Shown: one piece after another, positions 61,049-64,000 of the stretch
How positions within the stretch are numbered: position 1 is the stretch's first letter
Layout of the letters: each line of letters opens with the position of its first letter
Source of the DNA: a bacterium
GTDB lineage: Bacteria > Zhuqueibacterota > Zhuqueibacteria > Oceanimicrobiales > Oceanimicrobiaceae
Assembly: GCA_046758365.1 (NCBI GenBank)
Contig: JBHIAC010000001.1
Span: forward strand, 1-64,000
Reading direction: 5' to 3'
DNA: 64,000 nt
Notes under the pieces: model-generated
What the model was told of the DNA's origin: nothing
What the model saw: only the letters and a program-made list of their open reading frames with translations
The model's database searches: none
Translations under genes and position numbers: made by a program

Positions 61049-62041
61049 ATGAATAAAAAAGCTTTTGTAACAGGCGCTAGCGGATTTACTGGCGGCCACC
61101 TTTGTAGGATTTTAGTAGAAAGGGGCTACACAGTTTCAGCCCTGGTAAGAAAGAGCAGTAAAATTGACCATTTAAAAAAGTTAGGAGTAAAGTGGGTATT
61201 AGCCGATTTAGCAGAATCTGCTACACTCAATGGTATTTTAAAAAATATTGATGTGGTTTTTCATGTTGCGGCTGCTTACCGACAGGAAGGAATTTCTAAA
61301 GAGTACTTTTGGAAAGTTAATGTTGATGGGACTCGGGCGATGCTTAAACAGGCACTGGAGAGCGGAGTTAGGCGGTTTGTCCACTGCAGTACCGTTGGTG
61401 TGCAGGGTGAAATTGCCAATCCACCGGCTAAAGAATCAGACCCTTACAATCCTGGCGACCATTATCAGGAGTCAAAAAAGGAGGGGGAAAAATTAGCTAT
61501 TGGTTTTTTTGAGAAATGTAACATGGAAGGGGTGATCGTTCGACCGGTGGGCATTTATGGGCCAGGCGATACCCGATTTTTGAAATTGTTCAAATATACT
61601 TTCAATGGCAAATTTCGAATGATTGGTGATGGAAATGTCTTATACCATTTAACCTATATTGATGATTTAGTAAATGGAATAATTTTAGCGGGAGAAAAGT
61701 CAGAAGCCGTGGGGCATATTTTTACCATCGGGGGTAATGAATATCTAACTTTAAAGGAATTAGTCGCTTTAATTGCAGAAGTTTTAGGCAGGCCGGTACC
61801 TAAAAAACAAATACCTTTATGGCCTGTTTATACGGCTGCCATTTTATGTGAGACAATTTGCAGGCCGCTTGGTATTGAACCTCCCATATACAGAAGAAGA
61901 TTGGATTTCTTCAAAAAGAATCGCGCTTTTGACATTTCTAAAGCAAAATTATTGCTCAGCTATGAACCAAGGGTTGATTTGAGGACAGGCTTGCGTAAAA
62001 CAGCACAATGGTATAGAAACCAAGGCTTATTAACTAAGTAG
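61049..62041 (+). CDS. NAD-dependent epimerase/dehydratase (extended SDR)
   Basis: TGASGFTG, YQESK, RPVGIYGPGD. Confidence 0.9.
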   Translation: MNKKAFVTGASGFTGGHLCRILVERGYTVSALVRKSSKIDHLKKLGVKWVLADLAESATLNGILKNIDVVFHVAAAYRQEGISKEYFWKVNVDGTRAMLKQALESGVRRFVHCSTVGVQGEIANPPAKESDPYNPGDHYQESKKEGEKLAIGFFEKCNMEGVIVRPVGIYGPGDTRFLKLFKYTFNGKFRMIGDGNVLYHLTYIDDLVNGIILAGEKSEAVGHIFTIGGNEYLTLKELVALIAEVLGRPVPKKQIPLWPVYTAAILCETICRPLGIEPPIYRRRLDFFKKNRAFDISKAKLLLSYEPRVDLRTGLRKTAQWYRNQGLLTK

Positions 62042-62072
62042 TACATTTAATACTGCATAATGGTGATTCTGA

Positions 62073-63260
62073 ATGGATGATTCTGTCAAAAAGATTTGTG
62101 TTATTGGGAATTTTTCAGGAAGAAACGCAGGCGACGCTGCCATTTTAGGGTCGCTGCTGGAAGACATTACTAAACAGTATCGTAATCTTCTTTTTCTAAT
62201 ACCCACGGTTAATCCAAAGTTTGTTTATAAGCACTATTCGAATTATCCAATCAAGCCAATTCCGCTAATGCCATGGAATCTCAGTTTAAAAATATTGGGA
62301 TTACCAATTTTCAACTCGGTTTTATGCTCTGATTTAGTGCTTGTGACTGATGCCATATTGTTTGACCTTAATCTCTTTAACCCACTATTTAATTATCTTT
62401 CTACGATGGCTCTTGTGCTTCCTCTGGCCAAAAAACGTGGTATACCAGTAGTGCTTTATAATGTTAGCCTGGGTCCAATTTCATCTAAAGCTGGCAAAAT
62501 TTGTTTGCGACGCGTTATCGATAGCTCGGAAATAATTATTGTTAGAGATACCGAGTCAATTGCGATTCTTAAAAATACACAAATTATTAGGCCTGATATT
62601 AAAGTTGGAAGTGATTGTGCCTTGAATGTCACTCCAGCTAATAGTAACAAACTTGATGCTATTATTCGAAAGGAGAGTCTACAATTCAATGGACAGGGAA
62701 CTATCACGTTTAACGTAAACAGTTACATCGATGTATTTGTTCGTGGAAATAAAAGAGCCATTGGGATCGAAAATTTCTCTAATCTCATATCTGCTAGCAT
62801 CGATAAAATCGTTGAAGAATTGAAGGTAAATATACTCTTTGTCATTACCCAACCCATGGATTTCAAGATAACAAAGAAAGTAATTTTAAAAATTAAAAAT
62901 CGCGACCGAATTAGACTTGTCACAAATGTCAATTATAATTATCAGGAACTTGCTGGGTTATTTTCTAGAGCGGATATTCACGTTGGCATGCGAACACATT
63001 CTTTAATTTTAGCCTCCTCCGTAAATACACCAATCGTCGGAATTATTGCAACCCCTAAAAATCGTGGTTATATGCAGTCAATTAAACAAGACCAACGGAT
63101 GGTCGAGTTCAAAGATTTAACAGTAGAGCGATTAGTTGATGTAGTGAAATCAACTTGGGTACAGCGGGAACATATTCGTAAAAGTCTTAAGAGAATTATA
63201 GAAACTGAAAAAGCTAAAGCGCGCAACAGTGCTCTTTTATTAACACCATATTTAAATTAA
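62073..63260 (+). CDS. Polysaccharide pyruvyl transferase family protein
   Basis: NAGDAAI, VSLGP, VRD..S, GMRTH. Confidence 0.85.
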   Translation: MDDSVKKICVIGNFSGRNAGDAAILGSLLEDITKQYRNLLFLIPTVNPKFVYKHYSNYPIKPIPLMPWNLSLKILGLPIFNSVLCSDLVLVTDAILFDLNLFNPLFNYLSTMALVLPLAKKRGIPVVLYNVSLGPISSKAGKICLRRVIDSSEIIIVRDTESIAILKNTQIIRPDIKVGSDCALNVTPANSNKLDAIIRKESLQFNGQGTITFNVNSYIDVFVRGNKRAIGIENFSNLISASIDKIVEELKVNILFVITQPMDFKITKKVILKIKNRDRIRLVTNVNYNYQELAGLFSRADIHVGMRTHSLILASSVNTPIVGIIATPKNRGYMQSIKQDQRMVEFKDLTVERLVDVVKSTWVQREHIRKSLKRIIETEKAKARNSALLLTPYLN

Positions 63261-63274
63261 CAATAAGCAAGTAA

Positions 63275-64000
63275 ATGAATAGAGATAAAATCAAATTTGG
63301 GTTAAAACTATTAATTACTGTTTCATTAATCACAATTCTTCTGTTAAAGGTCGATTGGCGTGATTCGCTTTTAACAATCTCTAAGATTTCACTGCTGTAT
63401 ATAGTTTTACTTCTTTTAATTGCTTTTGTAATGATTACAATCAGTTGCATTAAATGGCAAATTTTTTTAAAGGCTCGGAATATAAGTGTTTCATTACCTC
63501 GACTAATTCTACTTTATTTGATTGGTTACTTTTATAATAATTTTTTGCCAAGCAACGTTGGTGGAGATTTAGTCAGAGGATTTGTTCTTGGAAAACAAAT
63601 CCGAAATAATCTAGATTCGTTTAGTTCGGTCTTTCTTGAACGTTTCACCGGCTTGCTTGGATTACTTATTTTAGCTATTACTGCTTTTGTATTTAATATT
63701 CGACTGTTTCAAAACCCGGCGATTGGCGTTATTTTGGCATTTTTTTCAATAGCTTTTTTTAGTATAATTTTATTATTATTTAATAAACATGCACAGCGTA
63801 TTCTCAATAAAATTATAGAAGTATATCCACTTAGACTAATCAAAAACAAAGTTATCAAATTTTTGAATGTTATATACTCCATTAGAAATAAACCGATGGT
63901 TTTAAGTAAGGCTATGGCTATTTCTTTTTTCTTTCACATTATGACTATCGTCAACACATTTGTAGTTTGCTTAGCAATTGGGACGCATATACCTGTACTT
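63275..64000 (+). CDS. Lysylphosphatidylglycerol-synthase TM-domain (flippase-like) protein, truncated by window end
   Basis: MNRDKIKFGLK..; KW..L, YNNFLPSNVGGDLVR, ERFTG motifs; open to the edge. Confidence 0.8.
   Translation, partial: MNRDKIKFGLKLLITVSLITILLLKVDWRDSLLTISKISLLYIVLLLLIAFVMITISCIKWQIFLKARNISVSLPRLILLYLIGYFYNNFLPSNVGGDLVRGFVLGKQIRNNLDSFSSVFLERFTGLLGLLILAITAFVFNIRLFQNPAIGVILAFFSIAFFSIILLLFNKHAQRILNKIIEVYPLRLIKNKVIKFLNVIYSIRNKPMVLSKAMAISFFFHIMTIVNTFVVCLAIGTHIPVL

Overview
A 64-kb, AT-rich bacterial chromosomal window in which every supported gene lies on the + strand. Several clues suggest (inference) a non-Bacteroidia FCB-group lineage such as KSB1/Calditrichota: a YPNPFNP C-terminal sorting/FlgD-type domain, a GWxTD protein, TTGACA/TTGACT promoters and strong Shine-Dalgarno sites. 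Contents in order: a histidine kinase/sigma-54 activator pair followed by a sigma-54 promoter with tandem enhancer sites driving exported repeat proteins and a Spy/CpxP-like protein; housekeeping genes (serB, selA, CIRCE-groESL, folBK, purF/N/H, ftsY, rimO, mreBCD-mrdA-rodA, galT, glgA); and a large exopolysaccharide locus running off the right edge. Most notable: (1) a UbiA prenyltransferase-ferredoxin-geranylgeranyl reductase-CDP-alcohol phosphatidyltransferase cluster resembling late steps of archaeal-type isoprenoid ether lipid synthesis; (2) two sigma-54 promoters in the EPS locus sharing the same tandem TGT-N11-ACA enhancer layout, the first leading into a STAS-HTH fusion; (3) two families of MITE-like repeats, three decayed accessory genes, candidate antisense small RNAs and an unannotated 33-aa basic protein. 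No rRNA, tRNA, CRISPR array or intact transposase was seen. All calls are from motif recognition by eye, not database searches.
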